DNA of 64,000 bases from the human T2T-CHM13v2.0 reference genome, Homo sapiens (GCF_009914755.1 NC_060925.1); one strand, 5' to 3'. Shown: positions 44,431 to 59,597, numbered from the stretch's first letter. The notes: a model not told the origin generated them from the sequence alone. Made by a program: numbers and translations.

Positions 44431-46734
44431 ACTAGAAGTGATGCTTAGTCAATCTAATACTTCAAACATTCTAACTTAATTATTTTGCCTTATTTTTATG
44501 TCTTTACATTTTAGTTCTTTACATTTTAGTTCCTATAAGTCTGGTTTTTATTGCTTTCTGTAAAAGGATGTACTAGACTCCAAATTGAGAGTTGTATTCA
44601 CACAAATACTGACATATCTTGTTTTGTTGCGCTTTGCAGATATTGCTGTTTTTTTTTTTTTTTTTTTTACAAATTAAAAGTTTGTTGCAACCCTGTGTCA
44701 AGCAAGTCTGTTGATGCCATTTTTCCAACAGCATGTGTTCATTTTGTGTTTTTGTGTCACATTTTGGTAATTTTGCATAATTAATATTATTACACTTTTA
44801 AACTTCTTCATAATTAATATTATTATTTTTATCAGGCAGCCTCCAAACCTGAATAGGTTCAGAGAGATTCCCCATTATTTTTATATCTGTTATGGTGATC
44901 TGTGATCAGTGATCTTCGATGTTACTACTGTAGCTGTTTTGGGGTGTCACAAGCTGCACCCCAATAAGATGTCAAACTTAATCAATCAATGTTGTGTGTG
45001 TTCTGACTGCTTACACCAATTAGCCATTCCCCCACCTCTCTTCCTCACCTCAGGCCTCCCTATTCCTCAAAACCATATTGAAATTAGGCCAATTAGTAAA
45101 TCCTACAATGGCCTCTAAGTGTTTAAGTGAAAGGAGGAGTTGCACGTATCTCAATTTAAATCAAAAGCTATAAATGATTAAGCTTAGTGAAGAAGGCATG
45201 CCAAAAGCCAAGATAGGCTGAAAGCTAAGCCTCTTGTGCCACACAGTTGGCCAAGTTGTGAATGCAAAGGAAACGGTCTTGAAGGAAATTTAAAGTCTAC
45301 TCCAGTGAGTACATGAATGATAAGAAAGCAAAACAGCCCTATTGCTGATGTGGTGCAAGTTTGAGTGGTCTGCATAGAAGATCAAACCACCCACAGCATT
45401 CTCTTAAGCCAAAGTCCCTAACTGTCTTCAATTCTATAATGGCTGAAAGAGGTGAGAAAGCTACAGAAGAACAATTGGAAGCTAGCAGAGGTTGGTTGAT
45501 GAGGTTTAAGGAAAGAAGCTGCCTCTATAACATAAAAGTGTAAAATGAAGCAGCAAGTGCTGATGTAGAAGCTACAGCAAGTTATCCAGAAGATATAGCT
45601 AAAATAATTGATGAAGGTGGTTACACTAAACAACAGATTTTCAATGTAGACAAAATAACCTTATGTTGGAAGAAAATGACATCTAGGACTTTCATAGCTA
45701 GAAAGAAGTCAATGCCTGGCTTCAAATCTTCAAAAGGCAGGCTGACTCTCTTGTTAGGGGCGAATGCCACTAGTAACTTTAAATTTAAGTAAATGCTCAT
45801 ATATCATTCTGAAAATTCCAGGGCCCTTAAGATTTATGCTAAATATACTCTGCCTGTGCTCTATAAATGGAACAAGAAAGCCTGTATGACAGCACATCTG
45901 TTTACAACACGGTTTACTGAATATTTTAAGCTCACTATTGAGTACTGCTCAGAAAAAAAATATTTCTTTCAAACTATGACTGCTCATTGACAATGCACCT
46001 GGTTGCCCAAGACCTCTCATGGAGAGAGATATACAAGGAGATTAATGTTACTTTAATTGCTAACACAACTTCCATTCCATAGCCCATAAATCAAGGAGTA
46101 AATTTGACTTTCAATTTTTATTATTTAAGAAACAAATTTAATAAGGCTATAGCTGCCATAGATAGTAATTCCTCTGATGGATCTGGGCAAAGTAGATTGA
46201 AAATCTTCCGAAAAAAATTTACCGTTCTAGATGCCGTCAAGGGTGTTTGTGATTCATGGGAGGAAGTCAAAATGTCAACATTAACACAAGTTTGGAAGAA
46301 GTTGATTCCAACCCTCATGGATGAGTTTAAGAGTTCAAGACTTCAGTGGAGATCACTATAGATGTGGCGGAAAAAGCAAAAGAATGACAATTACAAGTGG
46401 AGCCTGAAGATGTGACTTAATTGCTGCAACTTCATGATAAAATTTGAATGCAAGAGGAATTGCTTCTTATGGATGAGCAAAGAGTGGTTTCTTGAGATGG
46501 AATCTACTCCTCGTGAAGATGCTGTGAACATTGTTGAAATGACAACAAAGAGTTTAGAGTATTACATACACTTAACTGATAAAGCAATGACAGGGTTTGA
46601 GAGGATTGGCTGCAATTTTGGAAGAAGTTCTACCATGGATAAAAAACTATCAAATAACATCAAATGCTACAGTGAAATGTTTCATGAAAGGAAGAGTCAA
46701 TCGATGCAGCAAACTTCATTGTTGCCTTACTTTA

Positions 46735-46971
<237 letters not shown>

Positions 46972-47016
46972 CTACAGCCACCCCAACCTTTAGCAACCAG
47001 CCACTACCCTGACTAG

Positions 47017-47408
<392 letters not shown>

Positions 47409-48369
47409 AAACTTTTATATGCACTGGGAAACCGAAAAAAAAAAATGTGTGGCTTGCTTTATTGCAATATTCACTGTATTGTGATGATCTGGAACCAAAA
47501 CTGCAGTATCTCTGAGATATGCCTATAACATATGTTGCTTGCTATTTTCTCCTTATTAAATAGCAGACTTCAGCCTAGTCAAATTCACTCACATGAAATC
47601 CACCCAACTACACATTTTCTGCTGCCACTGAATCTTTAATCCCTTAATAGAATGCCTCAGTTACTGCGTCTATTCATTGGGCATTATATATCACTGTTAC
47701 TACACTATATGTTGAAATACATATTATTTAAAATTGCAAATAAGATTCTACCCTTAAAATATTCATATAAGTGACTATGAAAGTGCTATAAAAATAACAT
47801 GTTGTGTTTATAATTTGCCATTTTGTTTCTTGCCTAATTATTTAAAAAATTAAAACTTTGATATTTTGGATGTGATGTAAAATTTCATCTTATTTATAAA
47901 AAGTGTGCTGAGAATTTTATCCAATATAGACAAATTTAAGATAATCCATGTGGCATCAAAATAGCTTAAATTACTTAACAGCTATGATTGTTTGGAATTA
48001 GTTCTTCCTTTCCCAAGAAATGCTTTCGCTGTGGATGAAAGCAGACTCTGGCTGAGGTTTTGTGATGTTATAATGATAGGAAAATGCTAGAAAAAGACAG
48101 AGGAGAAGAATCTCAGTGTATAAACAGTGGAGACGCTAAACCTGTGAGGTTAATTTTAGTCAGTTCTACTAAAAAAAATTTTTTTTAAGTATGAGCCTAT
48201 AGGGATAAAACAAGATGATATAAGCAGAGCAGAATAGTAGATTTGATAAAGTATCTGCTAAGGTAAAGATATTTTATATTGAGTAATACAGAGCAGAAGA
48301 AGAATGGTGATTAAATCCAAACCATAAGACTTAGCAGTAGACTGGAGGGCCTTTCTCAGGGCAGGATTT

Positions 48370-48560
48370 GTAGCCAGCAGACAGGCTTTAAATCCAAGTT
48401 TCATTGCTTACTACCTATATGAATTCTATAAATCTTGGTTTTCATGCTTGAAAAATGGCTATAATAGTCCTTGCCTCCTAGGATTCTTGTAGAAATAAAG
48501 TAAGATGCAAATTGCCTAACATGGTACATGGCACATAGACACCCAGTAAACATTTACTGA
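48370..48560 (+). mobile_element. MIR SINE
   Basis: ttaaatccaag...cttactacct...aaaatggctataatag...tggcacatag. Confidence 0.6.
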
Positions 48561-49440
48561 TCCCTCGACATCAGAATAAAAGAAAAGGGTAGTTATTCTA
48601 ATCTTGGTACAGGGTGTGGCAGAGGATTTTTGCTCTGGCTTCTGGAAACTTGTATAAGTCAAAGCTTACAGAAAGGACGTCTGGCATTGGGCTAGTTATT
48701 GCTTCAAGTACACGAATGCCCCCAGAGGGAAGCTTATACTCTAGATTTTCCAGGATACAACCATTTATGCTGTAGGAAGAGGCCAGGAGCAAAGTAAGCT
48801 GCTTGTGAATAACAGAAAAACTGTCCTTGTGTACTACGATGATAATGTTAACAAAGGAAGTTATTTCCCTAACCAAATTTATTATTGACCCGAAAGTGAG
48901 ATAAAAACGATATTTTTTTTTTCCAGAGCCACATAAGCCTGAAGAGAAGGCTAGGAAAAGCAACGAGCTCGAGAAACTGGGCAATGTTCAGATCAGTAGC
49001 TATGGAAAACTCTCCTCATTCTTATGTCACCTCAGATTTAATGCCCACAATGTCCCAGTGTCTGTACATTTTTATTTCGAGCATGAAATAATAATAATGA
49101 CAGGCAATTTAAAATGATGACCGCTATTTTTGTGTTTCCTTGAGAAATGGACCAATTTTCTCATCTATTCTGGCATATGGCATAGTGTGTGTGTGTGTTT
49201 GAGTGAAAGAGGGAGAGACAGAGAGACAGATAGAGAGAAAGAAAGGAGGGGTGCAAGAAGAGAAGAATCACACAGATGATTCACACAACATTCTGCCCTC
49301 ACTAAAGGAACAGAGAATCTAAAAGTTTAAAGTCAACTCCTCTAGGATATAGTTTAAAATAGTCTGATGTCAAGGGATGGGCAAAAGTTTATTCAGTGTC
49401 TACGTGCCATGCACCATCTTAGGCAATTGGCATGGTATAA

Positions 49441-49848
<408 letters not shown>

Positions 49849-50660
49849 TGAAAATAAAATAATGTGGAAGAACTCAGGAAAACTGATATTTTCCCATTCA
49901 GTCTGACATATGGTCATTTCTTCTGATTGTTTCCATATTTAATTCTTTGGCTAGTTATTTTCATAAATGTAGTTAATATAATTATAACTCTGTATCCTGA
50001 TTTTTCATTTATGGTCATTATCAATTAACTCATGAGAAATGAAAATTTATCTCACAGTAATCTCTTCCTTCTCATCCTCTTCCCAGTATTTCATATTATT
50101 TTTAACTTTTCCATTAGTTAGTTTCATACTATTAAATAATATGGTTAAAATTATTTGTTTCCATCAACTTTCTCTGCATCTTTCCAAGTTGGAAAGTGTC
50201 CTCACTCCTCTACATTCCTCTTCTCCCTCACATTGCATCTTCCGTCAGCTCTATATTATTTCACATTGTCAAATATTTATTAACAATTAGATTATGTCTG
50301 AAAATTTCACCAAAATTCTTACTTTATCCATGGATTGACTCTAAATCTGAACATGAATAATCTTTACATTACTATCACGATGTAAATGTAGTTTACTGCT
50401 TGGTCGAGTAGTGTATTAGGATTACTTTTGATTTTCTATTGTTTCAACGCCAGGATTCTTGAGTCACATTTTTTTAAAAAAGTATTCCTAGCATTAAAAC
50501 CAAATATATTTTCCTTTTCCTCACTATTTCATTTGCCTAAATAGGTATGACATTTTCATTTGCTTGTTAATGTACCATACTTTTATAATAGGGTTTTTAT
50601 TTTTCTGAAGTTCTTTTTGCCCCTCTCTTATTTGAGAGAAGAGGGTCATTTCAGACTTTT

Positions 50661-50795
50661 TTTTTTTTTTTTTTTTTTTGAGATGCAGTCTTGCTGTGTT
50701 GCCCAGGCTGGTCTCAAACTCCTGGCCTCAAGCAATCCTTCTGACTCTGCCTCCCAAAGTGCTGGGATTACAGGCCTGAGCCACTGCACCCAGCC
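50661..50795 (-). mobile_element. FLAM-type free left Alu monomer
   Basis: Single monomer plus poly-T; TSD cagactttt / caggctttt. Confidence 0.85.
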
Positions 50796-51163
50796 CAGGC
50801 TTTTATTATCTCCTCAGTAATTACCAGTTTTTGATCATACATTTTACTGCATTCAGACTTCCTTCCTGGTCCCTTCTGCTTCTGGCTTTAGTCTGGACTG
50901 AAGTTCTCTAAATCTGCTGCAAATGTCATCCTGAAGATTCTCATCATTGTTTTACTGGTTTGAATTCACGGATTCTTGAATTTCAGGTCTTCCTTTTTCT
51001 TTTTGCTTTCAATGACACTGGAGTAATGTCCTCTAGTACCTAAGACAAGTTGCTTGCAAATCACATTTTCTGAGTGCTTGCATGCTTTAATCTCTCATTA
51101 TATTGGCCAGACAGAATTTTCAGTATGAAAATAATTTTCTTAGGAGTCTTTAAAGCACTCTAC

Positions 51164-51362
51164 TTTTTGTTTTGTTTTGTTTTATTTTAATAGATGGGGT
51201 CTCACTCTGTTGATGAAGCTCTGTGCAGTGGCGTGATCATGGTTCACCACAGCCTCAACCTTTCAGGTTTGAGGGATCCTCCTACCTCAGCCTCCCCAGT
51301 AGCTGGGACTATAGGTGCGCACCACCAGGCCCAGCTAATATATTTTTATTTCTGGTAGAGAC
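51164..51362 (-). mobile_element. Partial AluJ (right arm and linker)
   Basis: ggggtctcactctgtt...gatcctcctacctcagcctcc...cccagctaat. Confidence 0.8.
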
Positions 51363-51799
51363 ATATTTTGTTTACTAGCATCCGCTGTTACTCTTCAGAA
51401 GTCTGATGACAGTCTGATTCTTATTCATTTGTAAGTGAACTGTCTTGTCTCTTTGAAAGCTTCTTTTTAATGTTTTGTAATTTTATGAGGCTGTATCCAG
51501 GTACAGGCCCTCTTTTATTCATTGCACTGAACATTCTACCTGGTTTTCAGTTCTAGAAATTTTTTTTCCTTCTTTTCTTCTGAAATTTTTATTAATAGGA
51601 TAATGATGTTAATGGATTGCTCTTCTAATGTCTCTTTTTTATTTTGTATATTTCATATTTCTATCTCTTTGACATCATATATTCTGAGAGATTTTTCCAC
51701 TTTAATTGTCAATCCTTCAATTGAATGTCTAACTTCAGTAATAACCCTTCTGTTCTCTAAGAGCTCTTTCTTCTTCTCTGTCCGATTTTGTAGAACATC

Positions 51800-52240
51800 T
51801 GTGGCAACTATGGAGGTGCACCCTCAGATCTCCCTTCAAGCAGAATCTGCTAGAAACGATTCAGTTAACTGACAGCTTCCAAGTGTGGTATGCTTGGAAT
51901 CCCTGCTGCGTTAAATCCATGCCCTCGCTCCCTGGGAAGCCCCAGCCAATGAATGAGCATGGTGGAGACTCCAGAGCCTGGTGGTTTCTGTCAATTGGGA
52001 TACCCCAAAGTGCTGGCTGAGATTTTCTTAGAGCTACACTACACTCTGGAGCTCTTCCTTTCCAGTCCTCTTTCCTTCCCCTCTTCTTTCACAGCCTATT
52101 AGACCTGCATCACAGTCTGAAAGTATATTCCTCTGCTCACTCCTGTTCCCTCTCGCCTTTATCTTCCAAAGTCATTGCCCCCAGTACATCTCTTAAACTT
52201 ATTGTCTTAGCTTTTGCTTCCTAGGGGACTAGAACTGGCA
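51800..52240 (+). mobile_element. LTR16-family ERVL LTR
   Basis: tgtggcaactatggaggtgcaccctcagatctcccttcaag ... ccccagccaatga ... gacctgcatcacagtctgaa. Confidence 0.65.
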
Positions 52241-53234
52241 GAGCATCCTATCTTGCTTTACGAACATACTTGCTCTCTATTTCACTTATTTTTATAACAC
52301 CCAATACATCTAACAGGGGACATTTAACCTGGTGTAGTGAACTAGTGGGCTCAAATTGCACTGTACGAAGCCGAAATTAACTAGACAAAAAGATGTCATC
52401 TGTACGTCACAAAGGTAAAGGGGGAGACTGGGTGCACTTTTCCCCCAACTTTCCAGAGGCGGCAACATTTTTAATAATTCTAAAAAATGAAAAAATTGGC
52501 AATATTAGATGAAAGCATGACTTTCTTCCATCTGCTACTGCATACAATTTTCTGATTTTGTGGCAAGATATGCCACAGCCTCATTCAAATCATTTGCACC
52601 AAGAATCATGCAGTGCCTTGCACTTTTAGTTATCCCAGCACTTGCCCAAGTCTTGTTTTGCCACTGGATTTTAGGACTTTTGAGGACAGGGACTGTGTGT
52701 TATCTTTAGTGCCTCATAATAATAACAATAATAAGAGCTGAGCCATTGTTTATCATGTGCTAATTATATGCCTAGCCAGGTAAGGTGGTAAACACTTCGT
52801 ATCTATTATTTCATGTGAAAACACAAAATCTCCGAGAGGTCATGTAAATGGCCCAAGGTCCCACAGTTAGGATGAGGCACATGTCTGCCTTCCTCCAGAA
52901 TCTATGCTCTCTATCATATCCAATACTGCCTCCCCCTGTACCTGACACACAGAGGACACTCAATAGCTGTCAATCCATTGGTTGAGTTACAACTGTTATT
53001 AACTATAGACAAATAGGTAATAGAAATCTCATTTACTGTCCTATAATATGTGTTCTATAGATTTGTGATGGGGAACGAATGAATATGCAGGGCTGTGGAA
53101 GCCTCATACATTCTCAAAAATTATCTTGCTAGGAGAAAGCACATCGTTTACCAATACCAAATCCTTTATTTTACATGAAGTTCCCTGACACTGTGAAGCT
53201 CTAGTAGTAAGTGCTTTTTTATCTTTGAAATATA

Positions 53235-53403
53235 GGGGTGGGGGGAGGGGGGAGGGATAGCATTGGGAGATACACCTAATGCTAGATGACGAGTTAGTGG
53301 GTGCAGCGCACCAGCATGGCACATGTATACATATGTAACTAACCTGCACAATGTGCACATGTACCCTAAAACTTAAAGTATAAAAAAAAAATTAAAAAAA
53401 AAA
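53235..53403 (+). mobile_element. Very young 5'-truncated L1 3' end (L1PA2-type)
   Basis: gcattgggagat, gctagatgacGAGttagtgggtgcagcgcaccagc and cttaaagtat; CpGs intact; 8-bp TSD gaaatata (53227-53234 and 53404-53411). Confidence 0.92.
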
Positions 53404-54376
53404 GAAATATACCTTCTTGTTAAGAGGCAGAACATATGAAGCCTCTTATTTTCCCTCTTACAGCATGTCATTTAGGGACTCTGTGGGAGAGGAGGTAGTG
53501 TGTCAATATATGAGTGCTTGCTCTCATAGAGAAAACCAGCTCTATTTATCTAAGCTTCTCCCCATTCCCCTGGAGAAGTAATTAAACCAAATCATTGACC
53601 CCTTCTGGAGTAGCCCAGGAGTCGGTTTTATTTATGTGAAAGTAAAGGATCTGGGAAAAAGAAAATGTCATTGGGGCAAAATCAGAATAAATCCGTTTAC
53701 ATGGAAAATATGCACAGGAGATTTGACAGCATATTTTGTGATCTCTTTTTTCCAATGTTCAGAAACATGAACTTTTATAACTACAAAGGTTATCCCTTTT
53801 GTCCTTAGAATTCCTTTGTGATTATACATAGCTCACCGGGGGTTGCTTGTCATGAATGGTTACAATTTTTCACTCAGCTGTTGTTTTAACAGAGGCTCAG
53901 GGTTTGCTCAGGAGGTGAATATGTGACTCTCCTCCCTCCCCCAACAATAGCATAGTTATTTAAAGGCAAAATTCCCCTGTTTTTCTCCTAATCGTTTCTA
54001 CCACCATAAAGCCGTAACATGCACATTCACCTCCCTTACTTCTTCTCTTCAGAAGATACTGGGGATTAGCAGTCATAACCCCAGAATATAAAGTGGTGAT
54101 CCCAGTCTTTAAAATTGGGCTGTGACATGGATAAGAGTCTGGCATGCAAATCATCTTTGGAAACCAAGGCTGACTAGTGCCTAAGCACCATTTCAGTTAG
54201 TAGCCCATCTAAGGGACTATGGGAAACATATAAGCTGATACTCTTGATGCCAGATACTAATGTTTAGGTTATCTCTTTGGAAGTGTTATATCACCTAATC
54301 CAGAGCCAATCAAAGTGTTTGATTTTTCTCAAACCTGACTTAATACAAGCAAGACTTTAAAAGTTTAAAACATTTT

Positions 54377-54670
54377 GGCCGGGCGCGGTGGCTCATCCCT
54401 GTAATCCCAGCACTTTGGGAGGCCAAGGCGGGCGGATCACGAGGTCAGGAGATCGAGACCATCCTGGCTAACACGGTGAAACCCCGTCTCTACCAAAAAT
54501 ACAAAAAATTAGCCGGGCGTGGTGGCAGGTGCCTGTAGTCCCAGCTACTCAGGAAGCTGAGGCAGGAGAACGCCGTGAACCCGGGAGGCGGAGCTTTCAG
54601 TGAGCCGAGACTGTGCCACTGCACTCCAGCCTGGGCGACAGAGCAAGACTCTGTCAAAAAAAAAAAAAAA
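54377..54670 (+). mobile_element. AluY, CpG-rich
   Basis: gagatcgagaccatcctggctaacacgg; perfect 15-bp TSD agtttaaaacatttt (54362-54376 and 54672-54686). Confidence 0.95.
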
Positions 54671-54749
54671 CAGTTTAAAACATTTTTCTGAAAGGTGGAA
54701 TTGAATTGATCTGGAGGACAAAGAGACGGTTGCCCAGTGAATCAGAATT

Positions 54750-55110
54750 TCTACAAATGTTTATCAATTACTTACCACCTGTAAGCCACTGGGTTGGATG
54801 CCAGGGATACAGTGGAATAAGTAGAATAAGACAGACATGGCCACTGCCGTCATGGGGCAATGGAAGACAATCACTATATAAGTAAACATGAATTATGATT
54901 GATGTAGGTCCTACAAAGGCAAGGTTTGGGAGCTATGAGACTGAGTAACAGAGGGATGCAATGCCACTTGGGTGATATAGGGGAGTCTTTCCTGAGAAGG
55001 TGATAACTTAGGCTGAGATAAGCAGGAGTTATCCAGGGGAAGAGTGAGAGGCAAGTAGTACAGCCTGTGGGAAAGCCCAGAAGTGAGAAGGAACCGGGAA
55101 GCCAGTGTGT
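54750..55110 (-). mobile_element. L2 fragment
   Basis: caaatgtttatcaattactta...gggatacag...taagacagacatgg. Confidence 0.6.
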
Positions 55111-55687
55111 CTTCAGAGCAGAGCCTGAAGTTCTTCACTTGGGATCCCCAGGAAGTCTTTGAAAATCAGATAATTGTCTGACCACAGAGAGTGAAACTTG
55201 GTTATACAGCATTTGCAATCCACTTGCTATTAGGCATGCAGTAAATAAGCAGCCATTTCCCAATGTGCCATAGCACAGCATGGTGGTGAAATGTAGTTCT
55301 CTCCTCCAGACACACCTGCAGTCATACCAAATGTTGTGTATACATGGTTATTCATTGGAGCATTGACTATTCTAGCAAAAGACTGGAAACAACTCAGTGT
55401 CTCTCTGTAAGGAACTGGTTAAATAAATCAAGATATAACCACACAATGGAGTAATATGCAGCTGAAAAATAATGATAAATTATTTACAGACTTAGATGAA
55501 AGGATCTCCAACATATAACATTAAGTGAAAAAATAAGATCCAGAAAAATGTATAACAAGTGCTACCACTTATATAAAAAAAAGTAAAAGTAAAGAATATT
55601 CGAGAGCATAAGAAGACAATCCACAGGGTACAATAATATTTGCAAAAGACATATGAGATGAAGGGCTATTATCTAAAAAATACAGAG

Positions 55688-57472
55688 TGGAAAGATATTC
55701 TATGTTCATGGATTGGAAGAATCAATATTATTGAAATGTCCATACTACCTAAAGCAATCTAGAGATTCAATGCAATCCCTATAAAAATACCAATGACATT
55801 CTTTACAGATGTAGAAAAAACAATCCTAAAATTTAGATGGAACCATAAAAGACCCAGAATAGCCAAAGCCATCCTAAGCAAAAAAGCAAAACTGGAGGAA
55901 TCACATCATCTGACTTCAAATTATACTTCAAAACTATAGCAACCAAAACAGCATGGTACTGGTATAAAAACAGACAAATAGACCAATGGAACAGAATAGA
56001 GACCCCAGAAACAAATCCACATACCTACGGTAAACTCGTTTTTTACAAAGGTGCCAAGAACATACACTGGGGAAAAGACATTCTCAATAAATGCTGGGAA
56101 AACTGGATATACATAAGCAGAAGAATGAAACCAGACCCCATATCTCACCATATATATGAATCAAATCAAAATGGATTAAAGGCTTAAATCTAAGACCTGA
56201 AACTATGAAACTACTATAAGAAAACATTGGGGAAAAACTCCAGGACATCGGTCTGGGCAAAAATTTCTTGAGTAATACCCAATAAGCACAGGCAACCCGA
56301 TCAAAAAAATGGACAAATGGAATCACAAGTTATAAACCTTCTGCACAGCAAAGGAAACAATCAACAAAGTGAAGAGACGACCCACGGAATGGAAGAAAAT
56401 ATTGGCAAACTATCCACCTGACAAGGCATTAATAACCAGAATATATAATGAGCTCAAACAACTCTGTAGGAAAAAATCTAATAACCTGATCTAAAAATGG
56501 GCAAAAGATTTGAATAGACATTTCTCAAAAGAAAATACACAAATGACAAACAGGCATATTTAAAGGTGCTCAACATCACTGATTATTACAGAAATGCAAA
56601 TCAAAACTACAATGAGATATCATTTCACCCCAGTTAAAATGGCTTATATCCAAAAAGAGGCAAAAACAAATGCTGGCAAGAACACAAAGAAAAGGGAACC
56701 CTTGTACCCTATTGGTGGGAATGTAAGTTAGTACGACCCCTATGGAGAACACTTCGGAAGTTCCTAAAAAAACTAAAAACAGAGCTATCATATGATCCAG
56801 CAATCCCACTGCTGGGTATATATTCAAAAGAAAGGAAATTAGTATATCGAAGAGATATCTACTTTCCCATGTTTATTACAGCACTATTCACAATAGCCAA
56901 GATTTGAAAGCAACTAAAGTGTTCATCAACAGACAAATAAATAAAGAAAATGTGGTACATATACACAATGGAGTACTATTCAGTCATAGAAAGAATGAGA
57001 TACTCTCATTTGCAACAACATGAATAAAACTGGAGGTCAGTGTGTTAAGTGACAGGCACAGCAGACAAACTTCACATGTTCTCACTTATTTGTGGGCACT
57101 AAAAATCAAAACAATTGAACTCATGGAGTTAGAACACAATAATGGTTACCAAAGCCTTAGGAGGGTAGTGGGGTGAGGGTGGGGGAAAATGGGGATGGCT
57201 AATGAGTACAAAAAGGTAGATAGAATGAATAAGATCTAGTATTTGATAGCACAACAGAGTGACTACACTCAATAATAGTTTATTGTACATTTAAAAATAA
57301 CTAAAAGAGTATAATTGTATTGTTTGTAACATAAAGAAAAGATAAATGCTTGAAATTATGGATATCCCATTTACCCCAGTTATTACACATCATATGCCTG
57401 CATCAAAATATCTCATGTACCCCATAAATATATACACCTACTATGTACCCACAGAAATTAAAAATCAAAATT
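55688..57472 (+). mobile_element. 5'-truncated L1MA (MA1/MA2-like)
   Basis: ORF2 3' half plus 3'UTR gtatttgatagcacaacag...atatatacacctactatgtacccac. Confidence 0.85.
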
Positions 57473-58045
57473 AAGTATACAAAGAACCCTTGAAACCCAG
57501 CAAAAAGAAAATGAACAACCTAATTTTAAAATGGGCAAAAGATCGGAACAGACATTTCACCAAAGAAAATATACAAGTGGCAGATATGCATATGAAAAGA
57601 TGTTCAATGTCATATGTCATTAGGGAATGCAAATTTAAACAATAATGATATACCACTACACAACTATGAGAATGGTCAAATCCAAAACGCTGATGACACT
57701 AAATGCTGACGAGAATGTGGAGCAACAGGAACTCTCATTCATTTCTGATGGGAATGTAAAGTGACACAACAGTTTAGAAGTCAGTCTGGCAGTTTTTTAG
57801 AAGACTAAACATGCACTTACCATATGATCCAGCAATTACATTCTTTGGTATTTACTCACGTGAGTTAAAAATTTATGTTCACATAAAACCTGGCACACAG
57901 ATGTTTACAGCAGCTTTATTAATAATTACCAAAGCTTGGAAGCAACCAAAATGTCCTTTTGTAGATTAATGGATAAATAAACTCTAGTACATTCAGAGAA
58001 CAGAATATTATTCAGCACTAAAAAGACATGAGCTATCTAGCTATG

Positions 58046-58473
58046 TGCTATGATTTGGATATTTGCCCCCTGCCCCAATGTCATATTGAAATTTGATCCC
58101 CAATGTTGGAGGTGGAGCCTAATAGGAGGAGTTTGTGTCATGAGGCAGATCCCCCATGAATAGATGAATGACCTACCTGGGTGGAGGACAGAGTGAGTGA
58201 GTTTTACTCTATTAGTTCCCTTGACAGCTGGTTGTTATAAAGAGCCTGGCGTCTCCTGTTCCCCTCTCTCTCTTGCTTTTTCTCTTGCCACGTGATCTCT
58301 GCATGTCTCCTTGCCTTCCTCCATGAGTGGAAGCATTCTAAAGTCCTCACCAGAAGCAGATGCTTGGGCCATCTTTGTATGGCCTGCTGAACCATAAGCC
58401 AAATAAATCTCTTTTCTTTATAAATTATGCAGCTTCAGGCATTCATTTATAGCAACATAAATGGACTAAGACA
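58046..58473 (+). mobile_element. MSTB-like MaLR LTR
   Basis: tgctatgatttggatat...gaaatttgatccccaatgttggaggtgg...aatggactaagaca; flanks ctatg / ccatg. Confidence 0.88.
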
Positions 58474-59184
58474 CCATGTAAGACATGGAAGAAACTTAAG
58501 TTCAAATTACTAAGTGAAAGAAGCCCATCCGAAATGGCTACATGCTGTATAATTACAGCTCTATAATACTCTGGAAAAGGCAAAGCTATAGAGACAGTAA
58601 CTAAGATCAATGGTTTCCAGGGGTTGGGGGATGGAGGGATGAGTAGACAGAGCACAGAGAAATTTTAGGGCTGTGAAATTGTTCAATATGATACTATAAT
58701 GATGGATACATGCCATTATACATTTGTCAAAACCCACAGAATATTCAACACTGAGAGTAAACTCTAGTATCACCTATGGACTTTGGGAGATAATGATATG
58801 TCAACTGTAACAAATGTATCATTCTGGCAGGGATGTTGATAGCGGGGGAGGCTCTGTGTGTGGAAGGGGACAGGAGATACATAGGAGCCCCTTTTTACTT
58901 TCCACTCAATTTTCCTGTGAACCCAAAACTGCTCTAAAAAATAAAGTTGATTGTTTAAAACAAAACAAAGTAGAGAATATATTTGCATTTGGTTGCATTT
59001 ATATAGGAAACCCTTGAAAGTTACTCAGAAGACTAATAGAAGCAGTTACCTATGATATTGGAGGTATGGGGCAGATGGGGATGGTGGTAGGAGGCTAACC
59101 TTTTATTTTATACCTTTTTTTAATAGTCTTTAGGCTTATGAGACATATGAATGTGTCATTTATTCTAAAATTAAATTATATGAA

Positions 59185-59410
59185 GTGGGCACTAGAGTTA
59201 AACACATCATCTTGATTCCTGACTCCGTCATTTATTAGCTGTGTAGCATTGTAACATTACCTAACTCTTCAGTGCCTGACTTTCCTCATGAGCAAAACAG
59301 GGCTGATAATAGTTTATACCTCAAAGGAATGTTTTGAGGATTAAATGAGCTAAATACATGTACAGCCACTAAATCAGTGTTCATCATATAATAACTGCTT
59401 AATAAATCAT
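59185..59410 (+). mobile_element. MIR SINE
   Basis: tttattagctgtgt...tttcctcat...tgaggattaaatgag. Confidence 0.7.
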
Positions 59411-59597
59411 GAAGGTAGTCATGATGCTGCTGCTCTCTAAAGGCATGTAATTTTTCCTATGATACCTGTGGTTTTCTCTGATGATTGAAATTCCTGGTGG
59501 AATTATGAGTAATTTTTATTTTCTTTGTTATACTTAAAGTATTTTCCAAATATTTATAAAGATCATGCATGTGTGATGAGAAAAATCCATGTTTTTT

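Larger units (their letters stand above)
55600..58960 (+). mobile_element. L1MC1-like element split by L1MA and MST insertions
   Basis: ORF2 C-terminal pieces (55600-55687 and 57473-58045) and an L1MC-type 3'UTR (tctggaaaaggcaaa...gtgaacccaaaactgctctaaaaaataaagt). Confidence 0.7.

Noticed and set aside
48598-48984. 128-aa ORF with a signal-peptide-like start
   Set aside because: It has a TTG start, no recognisable family and no supporting splice structure; it is likely a chance ORF.
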